From Malacoraja senta (Eukaryota), in contig CM075992.1 of NCBI GenBank assembly GCA_038087875.1, positions 6,326,001-6,390,000 of the forward strand: a DNA stretch of 64,000 nt, given 5' to 3'. Position numbers and translations under genes: made by a program. Below the pieces are notes generated by a model that was not told the DNA's origin, did no database searches, and saw only the letters and a program-made list of their open reading frames with translations. This document shows positions 38,150-50,295 of the stretch, one piece after another (positions within the stretch are counted from its first letter, which is position 1; each line of letters begins with the position of its first letter).

Positions 38150-38340
38150 AGATAGACACAAAATGCAGGAGTAACTCAGCGGGACCGGCAGCATCTCTGG
38201 AGAGAAGCAACGGGTGACATTTTGGGTCGAGACCCTTCTTCAGACTGAAGAAGAGTCTCGACCCGAAACATCATCCATTCCTTCTCTCCATAGATGCTGC
38301 CGGTCCCGCTGAGTTACTCCTGCATTTTGTGTCTATCTTC
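38150..38340. repeat. Palindromic Penelope-derived element (two inverted pLTR arms)
   Basis: GATAGACACAAAATGCAGGAGTAACTCAGCGGGACCGGCAGCATC... is followed by its reverse complement. Hammerhead-like cores lie on both strands at the centre. Confidence 0.8.
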
Positions 38341-39873
38341 AAATGACGTCACGCGCTCCAGACGGACGCATGATGACGGATGGGGTCTCGACATGAAACA
38401 TCCCCTATCCATGTTCTCTAGGAATGCTGCCTGACCTGCTGAGTTATTCCAGCACTTTGTCTTTTTGAGAGTAAACCAGCATCTGCAATTCTGAATCAAT
38501 GGATAGAAGATTATCAGAGTGTGATGTAACTAATTATCTGTCCATTCAAACTCCACGTAGCTGAGGATGTTGTCCACCTGTACTCTTGGATAGTGTAGCT
38601 TCGGCAGCCATGTTGCAGTGGACGAAGTGCCCCTTGTTCTCCCTCTCTCGCCTCCCACTGTCAGCTGTGCACAGTGCTGGGATAGAAGGGAGTGTGGGTG
38701 TGCTCACATGTACTGTTGGGAACAGCAGTGAAAAACTGCTACAGATCTCTGGAGCAGCTTTAATCACCTGCTACCAGTATCTTCATCCACCCCTTTGGTT
38801 CCACTTCCCTATCGAATGCTACTGTATATTGGTAAGATGACTTGATTGTGGGTTACTATCCAAGGCAGTTTAGTTTAGATATACAGCGTGGAAACAGGCC
38901 CTTCGGCCCACCAAGTCCACGCCGACCAGCGATCCCCGCACACCAACACTATCCCACACGCACTAGGGACAATTTACAATTATACCAGCCAATTAAGCTA
39001 CACACAAAAGGACAAGGACAAAGGACATTTATTGTCACATACACCAAATGGTGTAGTGAAATTTGTTCTTGCCATGCAGCACAAATAGACACAACATTAA
39101 AGAAATGTAACATAAAACATAAAAACATCCCCCCACAATGGATCCCACTGTGGGGGAAGGCACAAAGTCCAGTCCATAATCCCCTTGTCCACCCATAGTC
39201 TGGCCTATATAGGCCTCCACAGTCGCCGCTACGGGGGCCGATGTTACAGGCCCTTCTTCGCCGGGTGATGGTGCTCCGGCGTCGGGAGAACCCTCTCAGC
39301 AGCTTGGGACACCTGGAACGGCCGTCTCCCTACCGGAGTCCGCGGCTTCCGAAGCCGACAGGCCGCGCTCGATGGAGCTCCACCACTGGCGATCTCGTCG
39401 CGAGATCCCAGGCTCCCGATGTAAAGTTCAGCGCCGCCGCCCGCAGCTGACCGCTCCACAGTCCCGCAGCTCCGCGATGTTCACCGGCGGTCTTTGGAGT
39501 GTGGGTGGAAACCGGACCTCCTGGAGAAAACCCACGCACGTCATGGTGAGAACATGTAAACTGCGTACAGACAGCACCCATAGTCTGAATCTAATGCGGG
39601 TCTCGGGCGCTGTAAGGCTGCAACTCTACCTGCTACGCCACCCTGCTGCTAGTCTCCAGGCCATGAAGGGTAAATTAATTCACTCTTGTTCACCATCCCT
39701 AACCCCAACTCAAAACAAAAACCCAGGCTCCTTCAAAACATTGCATGAGGTTGTTCAAGAGTTGAGGCTTGGTGTAAAATAAGAATGCTATTATATTTTT
39801 CTAACAATAAATAAGTTCAAGTTCTTAATTGTTCTTTAATTCTTTAAATAATTGTTCTTTTTCACCTTATCAG

Positions 39874-39964
39874 GGGCCTTTTCAAGAACGATCGTGTTGT
39901 GGGAACAACCCAGCTTAAGCTGGATAAACTTGAATCGCGGTGTGAAATTCGGGAAATCCTGGAG
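39874..39964 (+). CDS. CC2D1A: CC2D1A coding exon (C2)
   Basis: tatcag|...|gtgagt. 91 nt, encodes GLFKNDRVVGTTQLKLDKLESRCEIREILE. Confidence 0.93.
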
Positions 39965-40963
39965 GTGAGTCTCATACTGATTATCAAACTGACACCTCCT
40001 TTCAGGTATCAATTACAAATTATCATCTTGTGACTTGAAAACTAGAATTCAAAAGAAATCTCCTGGAATGATTTTGTAACTGAGTAAATAAACAGAATGC
40101 CACTAAATTGATTCAAACTGCTATCTCCTCCAATCACAGCATGAGGCTATTCAGCCCATCAAATCTATTCTGTCTCTGTCTCCAACTAATCCCTATTGCC
40201 CTTTCAAATAGTTGTCCTGCTTTGAATGCCACAATTGACTCTACTCCCCCTAGTGGCATAATTGGGCCCCAATTACTGCTGCGTTACTCCAGCACTTTGT
40301 GTTCTATTACGTATTAACCAGCATCTGCAGTTCCTTGTTTCTACCTTCTCTTTCTATGTATTCCGTTGTTGCTGCCAAAGAGATGATGCCATTTTGGATG
40401 CAGATGCTGGTTTACACCGAACATGGACACACAAAGCTGGAGTAACTCAGTGGGTCAGGCAGCATCTCTGGGGGAAAAAAGGAAACATCACCTATTCCTT
40501 TGCTCCAGAGATGCTGCCTGACCCGCTGAGTTGCTCCAGATTTTTGTCTATCTTCAGTGCCATTTTGAATAATTCCCATGGTTTGGGGCTGTGGCTGGAG
40601 CACTGAGATTCACTAGCTGTCTAAAACCAAGCCATGCATGCACTAACTTGAGTCTGAAGTAGGGTCCCCACTCGAAACGTCTTCTATCCATGTTCTCCAC
40701 AGGTGCTGCTTGACCCGCTGAGTTACTCCAGCACTTTGTGTCCTTTCGTGCTTGCACTGTATTTGATTGGTGGAGGATCCTGAGGTTCTGCGGAAACTTC
40801 CATCGCCATGTTTGGCTTTTAACTATGGAACTCGTTGTAAATTGGCTTTGATTCCAAGCCTCCTTGGTTTTCTTCCATTCAGACTGGGAGGATGCAAGAC
40901 CAACTGCAATTTTCATCCTTGTGGCGTGTAATAACTTTTCCTTTTTTAAAAATGTCTGGCTAG

Positions 40964-41095
40964 GTTCTAGATGGCAGGAAGACCACTGGAGGTCGGCTGG
41001 AGGTGATTGTAAACATCCGTGAACCGCTGAGCTCCCAGCAGCTCGAGAGAGTGACGGAGAAGTGGCTTGTCATCGACCCCCAGAGCTTGCCAGTG
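40964..41095 (+). CDS. CC2D1A: CC2D1A coding exon (end of C2)
   Basis: ggctag|...|gtaagg. 132 nt, encodes VLDGRKTTGGRLEVIVNIREPLSSQQLERVTEKWLVIDPQSLPV. Confidence 0.93.
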
Positions 41096-41201
41096 GTAAG
41101 GCCGCATCTGCCTGACCTTCCTATACACTTTGTGCTTGTGTACAGTGATAATTTAGTGAATTGTGTGCAAAAACGGAATCTCACTGCACCTTGGTGTATG
41201 T

Positions 41202-41583
41202 TATGGCGGGCGAATAATTGGGGCTGCGTTGTCCAGAACACGGGCAGCTTCAGGGAGACGGCATTCTGCTGGGCTGGATTGCCAGCGACCTCAGGCTGTT
41301 GAGGTTGATCGTTAGATGCGTGCATAGTTGAAATCCAAAATGAACATTTTGTATCGTCGGGGTCACCAATATGGCGGGCGAATAAGCAAGCCACACGTGG
41401 TGAATCAAAGAGATTGTCAAAGCAACGAGAACAACACACACGCGAATGGGGGAAGGTTGACCCCGGGTTCATTATATATACTAGGGCACACCCCTATACC
41501 TCGTGACAACTCCTTCCCGCCATTACCCAGTCACATAACCCTAACCCCGACTGCCGAGGGTTGGCATAGTAAGTGGCGCCACA
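41202..41583 (-). mobile_element. Internally deleted Ty3/Gypsy LTR retrotransposon
   Basis: On the minus strand: a 214-bp LTR (41583-41370), PBS TGGTGACCCCGACGA (41368-41354), gag start ...NAVSLKLPVFWTTQPQLF, then the last 16 bp of a second LTR (41217-41202). 4-bp TSD ATGT on both sides. Confidence 0.8.
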
Positions 41584-42171
41584 ATGTGATAATAAAGGAC
41601 CACGGAATAATTGAACCATTTAAATCTCTTTGAAGCTGGGATTCTGAAGCTTCTGTACCTTCATTTTAAGGCCGTCAGGGTAGCAGATGTTTCTGTTGTC
41701 TCCTACAAGTTGAGCAGGGAAGCGAGGATGTAAATATTAATATGAAGGTAGACACCATAAAGCTCAGCGGGACAGGCAGCAAATCTGGAGAGAAGGAGTG
41801 GGTGATGTTTCGGGTCGAGACCCTTCTTCAGACTGGTTAGGGATAAGGGAAACAAGATTATAGACGATGATGTAGAGAGATAAAGAACAATGGATAAAAG
41901 GTAGGGTGAGCAGCAAGAGAGGATGTTGAGGGAGGAGGAGAACTTCAAGTAGACATACCTTGAGGAGATTTTACAGTGGAGCGGACAAAATGTGTAGGAA
42001 GGAACTGCAGATGCTGGTTTAAACCGAAGATAGACACACAAAGCTGGAGTAACTCAGCGGGACAGGCAGCATCTAACATATAATGTTACATGGGAGCTCT
42101 GTTGCCTTTAATATATATATATATACCCATATATATATATATATATATTGCCTATATATATACCCATTTAG

Positions 42172-42200
42172 GCTGTGGCTGGAAAAGGGAAAGGTCTCAA
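42172..42200 (+). CDS. CC2D1A: Candidate next CC2D1A exon, truncated or obscured by the satellite (end uncertain)
   Basis: tttag|GCT GTG GCT GGA AAA GGG AAA GGT = AVAGKGKG, in the required phase 0 and resembling the human post-C2 sequence VAGPKGK. No strong donor occurs before the satellite. Confidence 0.4.
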
Positions 42201-45200
42201 TCTCCTCTGCCTCTCCTCTGCCTCTGTCCGTCTCCCTCTGCCTCTGTCCGTCTCCCTCTGCCTCTGTCCGTCTCCCTCTGCCTCTGTCCGTCTCCCTCTG
42301 CCTCTGTCCGTCTCCCTCTGCCTCTGTCCGTCTCCCTCTGCCTCTGTCCGTCTCCCTCTGCCTCTGTCCGTCTCCCTCTGCCTCTGTCCGTCTCCCTCTG
42401 CCTCTGTCCGTCTCCCTCTGCCTCTGTCCGTCTCCCTCTGCCTCTGTCCGTCTCCTCTGCCTCTGTCCGTCTCCCTCTGCCTCTGTCCGTCTCCCTCTGC
42501 CTCTGTCCGTCTCCCTCTGCCTCTGTCCGTCTCTCCGTCTCCTCTGCCTCTGTCCGTCTCCCTCTGCCTCTGTCCGTCTCCCTCTGCTCTGTCCGTCTCC
42601 CTCTGCCTCTGTCCGTCTCCCTCTGCCTCTGTCCGTCTCCCTCTGCCTCTGTCCGTCTCCCTCTGCCTCTGTCCGTCTCCCTCTGCCTCTGTCCGTCTCC
42701 CTCTGCCTCTGTCCGTCTCCCTCTGCCTCTGTCCGTCTCCCTCTGCCTCTGTCCGTCTCCCTCTGCCTCTGTCCGTCTCCCTCTGCCTCTGTCCGTCTCC
42801 CTCTGCCTCTGTCCGTCTCCCTCTGCCTCTGTCCGTCTCCCTCTGCCTCTGTCCGTCTCCCTCTGCCTCTGTCCGTCTCCCTCTGCCTCTGTCCGTCTCC
42901 CTCTGCCTCTGTCCGTCTCCCTCTGCCTCTGTCCGTCTCCTCTGCCTCTGTCCGTCTCCCTCTGCCTCTGTCCGTCTCCCTCTGCCTCTGTCCGTCTCCC
43001 TCTGCCTCTGTCCGTCTCCCTCTGCCTCTGTCCGTCTCCCTCTGCCTCTGTCCGTCTCCCTCTGCCTCTGTCCGTCTCCCTCTGCCTCTGTCCGTCTCCC
43101 TCTGCCTCTGTCCGTCTCCCTCTGCCTCTGTCCGTCTCCCTCTGCCTCTGTCCGTCTCCCTCTGCCTCTGTCCGTCTCCCTCTGCTCTGTCGTCCTCCCT
43201 CTGCCTCTGTCCGTCTCCCTCTGCCTCTGTCCGTCTCCCTCTGCCTCTGTCCGTCTCCTCTGCCTCTGTCCGTCTCCCTCTGCCTCTGTCCGTCTCCCTC
43301 TGCCTCTGTCCGTCTCCCTCTGCCTCTGTCCGTCTCCCTCTGCCTCTGTCCGTCTCCCTCTGCCTCTGTCCGTCTCCCTCTGCCTCTGTCCGTCTCCCTC
43401 TGCCTCTGTCCGTCTCCCTCTGCCTCTGTCCGTCTCCCTCTGCCTCTGTCCGTCTCCCTCTGCCTCTGTCCGTCTCCCTCTGCCTCTGTCCGTCTCCCTC
43501 TGCCTCTGTCCGTCTCCCTCTGCCTCTGTCCGTCTCCTCTGCTCTGTCCGTCTCCCTCTGCTCTGTCCGTCTCCCTCTGCCTCTGTCCGTCTCCCTCTGC
43601 CTCTGTCCGTCTCCCTCTCCGCTCTCTCTGTCCGTCTCCCTCTGCCTCTGTCCGTCTCCCTCTGCTCTGTCCGTCTCCCTCTCTCTGTCCGTCTCCCTCT
43701 GCTCTGTCCGTCTCCCTCTCTCTGTCCGTCTCCTCTCTCTGTCCGTCTCCCTCTGCCTCTGTCCGTCTCCCTCTGCCTCTGTCCGTCTCCCTCTGCCTCT
43801 GTCCGTCTCCCTCTGCTCTGTCCGTCTCCCTCTCTCTGTCCGTCTCCCTCTCTCTGTCCGTCTCCCTCTCCTCTGTCCGTCTCCCTCTCTCTGTCCGTCT
43901 CCCTCTCTCTGTCCGTCTCCCTCTCTCTGTCCGTCTCCCTCTCTCTGTCCGTCTCCCTCTCTCTGTCCGTCTCCCTCTCTCTGTCCGTCTCCCTCTCTCT
44001 GTCCGTCTCCCTCTCTCTGTCCGTCTCCCTCTCTCTGTCCGTCTCCCTCTCTCTGTCCGTCTCCCTCTCTCTGTCCGTCTCCCTCTCTCTGTCCGTCTCC
44101 TCTCTCTGTCCGTCTCCCTCTCTCTGTCCGTCTCCCTCTCTCTGTCCGTCTCCCTCTCTCTGTCCGTCTCCCTCTCTCTGTCCGTCTCCCTCTCTCTGTC
44201 CGTCTCCCTCTCTCTGTCCGTCTCCCTCTCTCTGTCCGTCTCCCTCTCTCTGTCCGTCTCCCTCTCTCTGTCCGTCTCCTCTCTCTGTCCGTCTCCCTCT
44301 CTCTGTCCGTCTCCCTCTCTCTGTCCGTCTCCCTCTCTCTGTCCGTCTCCCTCTCTCTGTCCGTCTCCCTCTCTCTGTCCGTCTCCCTCTCTCTGTCCGT
44401 CTCCCTCTCTCTGTCCGTCTCCCTCTCTCTGTCCGTCTCCCTCTCTCTGTCCGTCTCCCTCTCTCTGTCCGTCTCCCTCTCTCTGTCCGTCTCCCTCTCT
44501 CTGTCCGTCTCCCTCTCTCTGTCCGTCTCCCTCTCTCTGTCCGTCTCCCTCTCTCTGTCCGTCTCCCTCTCTCTGTCTCTCTCTGTCCGTCTCCCTCTCT
44601 CTGTCCGTCTCCCTCTCTCTGTCCGTCTCCCTCTCTCTGTCCGTCTCCCTCTCTCTGTCCGTCTCCCTCTCTCTGTCCGTCTCCCTCTCTCTGTCCGTCT
44701 CCCTCTCTCTGTCCGTCTCCCTCTCTCTGTCCGTCTCCCTCTCTCTGTCCGTCTCCCTCTCTCTGTCCGTCTCCCTCTCTCTGTCCGTCTCCCTCTCTCT
44801 GTCCGTCTCCCTCTCTCTGTCCGTCTCCCTCTCTCTGTCCGTCTCCCTCTCTCTGTCCGTCTCCCTCTCTCTGTCCGTCTCCCTCTCTCTGTCCGTCTCC
44901 CTCTCTCTGTCCGTCTCCCTCTCTCTGTCCGTCTCTCCTCTCTCTGTCCGTCTCCCTCTCTCTGTCCGTCTCCCTCTCTCTGTCCGTCTCCCTCTCTCTG
45001 TCCGTCTCCCTCTCTCTGTCCGTCTCCTCTCTCTGTCCGTCTCCTCTCTCTGTCCGTCTCCTCTCTCTGTCCGTCTCCCTCTCTCTGTCCGTCTCCTCTC
45101 TCTCTGTCCGTCTCTCTCTCTCTGTCCGTCTCCTCTCTCTGTCCGTCTCTCTCTCTCTGTCCGTCTCTCTCTCTCTGTCCGTCTCTCTCTCTCTGTCCGT

Positions 45201-46376
45201 CTCTCTCTCTGTCCGTCTCCTCTCTCTGTCCGTCTCTCTCTCTCTGTCCGTCTCTCTCTCTCTGTCCGTCTCCTCTCTCTCTGTCCGTCTCCTCTCTCTC
45301 TGTCCGTCTCTCTCTCTCTGTCCGTCTCTCTCTCTCTGTCCGTCTCTCTCTCTCTGTCCGTCTCTCTCTCTCTGTCCGTCTCTCTCCTCTCTCTGTCCGT
45401 CTCCTCTCTCTCTGTCCGTCTCTCTCTCTCTCTTGTCCGTCTCTCTCTCTCTCTGTGTCCGTCTCTCTCTCTCTGTCCGTCTCTCTCTCTCTCTCTGTCC
45501 GTCTCTCTCTCTCTCTCTGTCCGTCTCTCTCTCTCCTCTCTCTGTCCGTCTCTCTCTCTCTCTGTCCGTCTCTCTCTCTCTCTGTCCGTCTCTCTCTCTC
45601 TCTGTCCGTCTCTCTCTCTCTCTGTCCGTCTCTCTCTCTCTGTCCGTCTCTCTCTCTCTCTGTCCGTCTCTCTCTCTCTCTGTCCGTCTCTCTCTCTCTC
45701 TGTCCGTCTCTCTCTCTCTCTGTCCGTCTCTCTCTCTCTCTGTCCGTCTCTCTCTCTCTCTGTCCGTCTCTCTCTCTCTCTCTGTCCGTCTCTCTCTCTC
45801 TCTCTGTCCGTCTCTCTCTCTCTCTCTCTGTCCGTCTCTCTCTCTCTCTCTCTGTCCGTCTCTCTCTCTCTCTCTCTGTCCGTCTCTCTCTCTCTCTCTC
45901 TGTCCGTCTCTCTCTCTCTCTCTCTGTCCGTCTCTCTCTCTCTCTCTGTCCGTCTCTCTCTCTCTCTCTGTCCGTCTCTCTCTCTCTCTCTGTCCGTCTC
46001 TCTCTCTCTCTCTGTCCGTCTCTCTCTCTCTCTCTGTCCGTCTCTCTCTCTCTCTCTGTCCGTCTCTCTCTCTCTCTCTGTCCGTCTCTCTGTCTCTCTC
46101 TGTCCGTCTCTCTGTCTCTCTCTCTCTCTGTCCGTCTCTCTCTCTCTCTCTGTCCGTCTCTCTCTCTCTCTCTGTCCGTCTCTCTCTCTCTCTGTCCGTC
46201 TCTCTCTCTCTCTCTGTCCGTCTCTCTCTCTCTCTGTCCGTCTCTCTCTCTCTCTGTCCGTCTCTCTCTCTCTCTGTCCGTCTCTCTCTCTCTCTGTCCG
46301 TCTCTCTCTCTCTCTGTCCGTCTCTCTCTCTCTCTGTCCGTCTCTCTCTCTCTCTGTCCGTCTCTCTCTCTCTCTC
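42200..46376. repeat. Pyrimidine-rich tandem array of about 4.2 kb: 20-bp unit CTCTGTCCGTCTCCCTCTGC, then an 18-bp unit, then GTCCGT(CT)n
   Basis: The periodicity is directly visible. The + strand has essentially no A. Confidence 0.97.
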
Positions 46377-46576
46377 NNNNNNNNNNNNNNNNNNNNNNNN
46401 NNNNNNNNNNNNNNNNNNNNNNNNNNNNNNNNNNNNNNNNNNNNNNNNNNNNNNNNNNNNNNNNNNNNNNNNNNNNNNNNNNNNNNNNNNNNNNNNNNNN
46501 NNNNNNNNNNNNNNNNNNNNNNNNNNNNNNNNNNNNNNNNNNNNNNNNNNNNNNNNNNNNNNNNNNNNNNNNNNNN
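46377..46576. other. Assembly gap (exactly 200 N)
   Basis: A run of N whose round length is typical of an unsized scaffolding join. Confidence 0.98.
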
Positions 46577-48869
46577 CCTTAAAGCTTTGCCCTCACATCT
46601 TTGACATTTCAGACCTGACAAAAAAGGTCCTGCCTATCTATGCCTCTCATAATTTTATAAACTTTTCACTGGTCTCACCTCAGCCTCTGGAGTTCCAGAG
46701 AAAACAATCCAATTAAAAAAAAATTGCCCTGCACATCTCCTTTAAACATTGGTAGACAAAAGTGCTGGAGAAACTCAGCGGGTGATGCAGCATCTAAGGG
46801 TTTCGGCCCGAAACGTTGCCTATTTCCTTCGCTCCATAGATGCTGCCTCACCCGCTGAGTTTCTCCAGCACTTTTGTCTACCTTCGATTTTCCAGCATCT
46901 GCAGTTCCTTCTTAAACATTTAATCCTTTAAACGTTGCTCCTCTCATCTCAATAAAGCTATGCCCTCAAGTATTTGCCATTTCCACCCTGGAATAAAAGG
47001 TTCTGACTGTCTACCCTGTCTATGCCTCTCATCATTTTATATAGTTCTATCAGGTCTCGACTCAACCTCCAACGTTCTAGAGAATGCAATCCAAGATTTT
47101 CCACCCTGGTGCATAGACCTGATATAACGGACAGAAATGGCACACAGCCTGTGTGCATGGCATGTTTCAGGAGGTGGAGTAATAACAAATCTCTCTCAAC
47201 TAGGTTTGCCAACTTTCTCACTCCCAAATAAGGAGCAAAAGGCCAAAATACGGGACAAATTCCCGACGGCAATTCGTTGACCGACTGGGCCGTGGCTGGG
47301 TGAATGATGAGTTGGCCCCGGGTGCTGGACTGCACACAAGGCCCAGCCGGCGGGCCAGCTGAGGAGCTTTGCCCCGGCACCCCATGAACCGATGATCGGC
47401 CTTGAGAAGGAGGGGTGGTGGTGGTGGTGTCGGCGGTAAGTGACGGTCCGAAGGTTGGACAGCTGGCCGGGCTGCCGACCGACAGGGCCACGGGCGAGGC
47501 GCTGCAGTAATAGAACAAGTTTGGAGGGATATGGACCAAGCGCAGGCAGGTGGGACTAGTGTAGCTGGGGACATTGTTGGCCGGTGTGGGCAAGTTGGGC
47601 TGAAGGGCCTGTTCCCACACTGTATCACTCTATGACTCTTCTCAAATCCTCTTGCTATGCATCCTCCATATAGATGAGACCACGGAGCACAGCGTTCCCC
47701 CGGGAGTGCACGGGAATGCCAGCTCGGTGAGTTGGGCAGCGGGTCCCAAACCCACAGTTGCCAGGCCAACGTTCCAAGACCGATTGCTAAACACAACCGC
47801 ACGGATCAGTTCCATTGATGTCACCACCGCAGCACGAGGCCAGTGACTCTCTTTCCAGGAATGGTCTTAACTTTCAGAACACTCTGTTGCGCCACGGCTG
47901 GAGGAGGTTCCCGAACATGAAACGTCACCTGTCCATCTTCTCCAGGAGTGCTGTCTGTCCCGCTGAGTTACTCCGACACTCTGTGTCCCTCTCTGTGTTA
48001 ACCGGCATCTGCTATTCTTTGTTTTAAGAATAAGGGGTAAGCCATTTAGAACGGAGACGAGGAAACACTTTTTCTCACAGAGAGTTGTGAGTCTGTGGAA
48101 TTCTCTGCCTCAGGGGGCGGTGGAGGCCGGTTCTCTGGATACTTTCAAGAGAGAGTTAGACAGGGCTCTTTAAAGATGGCGGAGTCAGGGGATATGGGGA
48201 GAAGGCAGGAACGGGGTACTGATTGGGGATGATCAGCCATGATCACATTGAATGGCCGAAGGGCCAAAGGCCTACTCCTGCACCTATTGTCTATTGTCTA
48301 TTGTTTCTACTGGGAAATTGCTGCACCTTACCTGGTGAAAAGGAGCCTATTCCGAGCACTGACACAGGCATACTGCCAACACTGAGTGACTAATAGTTCT
48401 TGGAAAGATGTTTGTAGGGTGTGTGCGTATCTTTGTCATTGTTGAAGTGTTGTTTTTGTAAGCGTTAGATGCGGTGTATGTGCCTGTTTCACAGGTAGCT
48501 GTTTATGTAGGAAGGAACTGCAGATGCTGGTTTAAACCGAAGATAGACACAAAAAGCTGGAGTAACTCAGCGGGACAGGCAGCATCTCTCGACCCAAAAC
48601 GTCACCCATTCCTTCTCTCCAGAGATGCTACCTGTCCCGCTGAGTTACTCCAGCTTTTTGTGTCTATCTTTAGCTGTTTGTGTTTTGGACAAACTTGCAT
48701 TGTTTCCTCTGCAACGACAGAGGTTGGTAGAAGTATATAAAACAATGAGAGGCTCAGATAGGGGGGACAGTTCCACATGGTGGAAATGTCAAATACCAGA
48801 GGGCGCGGCTTTAAGGTGAGAGGGGCAAAGTTTAAAGGCGATGTGTGCACGTTGGCAATGGGATTGTAC

Positions 48870-50295
48870 ACTCATCCCGGGACTGCGTATAGTAACCCTG
48901 GGGATTGTTACTCTGACCCTGGGGATTGTTACTCAGACCCTGGGGATTGTTCCCCTGACCCTGGGCTTTGTTACACACACCCCGGGACTGCGTATAGTAA
49001 CCCTGGGGATTGTTACTCTGACCCTGGGGATTGTTACTCAGACCCTGGAGACTGTTACTCTGACCCCGGTACTGTGTATAGTAACCCTGTGGATTGTTAC
49101 TCTGACCCTGGGGTTTGTTACCCTGACCCTGGGGATTGTTACCCTGACCCTGGGGATTGTTACTCTGACCCCGGTACTGTGTATAGTAACCCTGTGGATT
49201 GTTACTCTGACCCTGGGGATTGTTACTCTGACCCTGGGGGTTGTTACTCTCACCCTGGGGATTGTTACCCTGACCCTGGGGATTGTTACTCTGACCCTGG
49301 GGATTGTTACTCTGACCCTGGGGATTGTTACCCTGACCCTGGGGATTGTTACTCTGACCCTGGGGATTGTTACCCTGACCCTGGGGATTGTTACCCTGAC
49401 CCTGGGGATTGTTACCCTGACCCTGGGGATTGTTACTCTGACCCTGGGGATTGTTACTCTGACCCTGGGGATTGTTACCCTGACCCTGGGGATTGTTATC
49501 CTGACCCTGGGGATTGTTACTCTGACCCTGGGGATTGTTACCCTGACCCTGGGGATTGTTACTCTGACCCTGGGGATTGTTATCCTGACCCTGGGGATTG
49601 TTACTCTGACCCTGGGGATTGTTACCCTGACCCTGGGGATTGTTACTCTGACCTTGGGGATTGTTACTCTGACCCTGGGGATTGTTACTCTGACCCTGGG
49701 GATTGTTACCCTGACCTTGGGGATTGTTACTCTGACCCTGGGGATTGTTACTCTGACCGTGGGGATTGTTACTCTGACCCTGGGGATTGTTACCCTGACC
49801 CTGGGGATTGTTACTCTAACCCTGGGGATTGTTACCCTGACCCTGGGGATTGTTACTCTGACCTTGGGGATTGTTACTCTGACCCTGGGGATTGTTACCC
49901 TGACCCTGGGGATTGTTACTCTGACCCTGGGGATTGTTACTCTGACCCTCGGGATTGTTACTCTGACCCTGGGGGTTGTAACTCTGACCCTGGGGATTGT
50001 TACCCTGACCCTGGAGACTGTTACTCTGACCCCGGTACTGTGTATAGTAACCCTGTGGATTGTTACTCTGACCCTGGGGATTGTTACTCTGACCCTCGGG
50101 ATTGTTACTCTGACCCTGGGGATTGTTACCCTGACCCTAGGGATTGTTACTCTGACCCAGGAGACTGTTACTCTGACCCGGGAGACTGTTACTCTGACCC
50201 TGGAGATTGTTACTCTGACCCGGGAGACTGTTACTCTGACCCTGGGGATTGTTACTCTGACCCAGGAGACTGTTACTCTGACCCTGGGGATCACC
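48870..50295. repeat. 21-bp minisatellite (GGGGATTGTTACTCTGACCCT)n, about 1.4 kb
   Basis: A clear 21-bp period with recurring variant units (ACTGTGTATAGTAACCCTGTG, GGAGACTG). Confidence 0.97.

Noticed and set aside
10891..41095. Assignment to CC2D1B
   Set aside because: PLPMEAIERMA..CM and AELNEVL match CC2D1A better, and the frame continues past WLVID via a donor rather than stopping. A phylogeny would be decisive.
42083..46716. Four ORFs of about 1500 aa
   Set aside because: They are translations of an A-free satellite (no stop codons are possible on the + strand) and they read through an N gap.
47201..47505. hAT-like element starting TAGGTTTGCCAAC
   Set aside because: Only one terminus is visible and there is no TSD, so the boundaries cannot be supported.
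48870..50295. CRISPR-like array
   Set aside because: The units are contiguous with no unique spacers, there are no cas genes, and the context is vertebrate.
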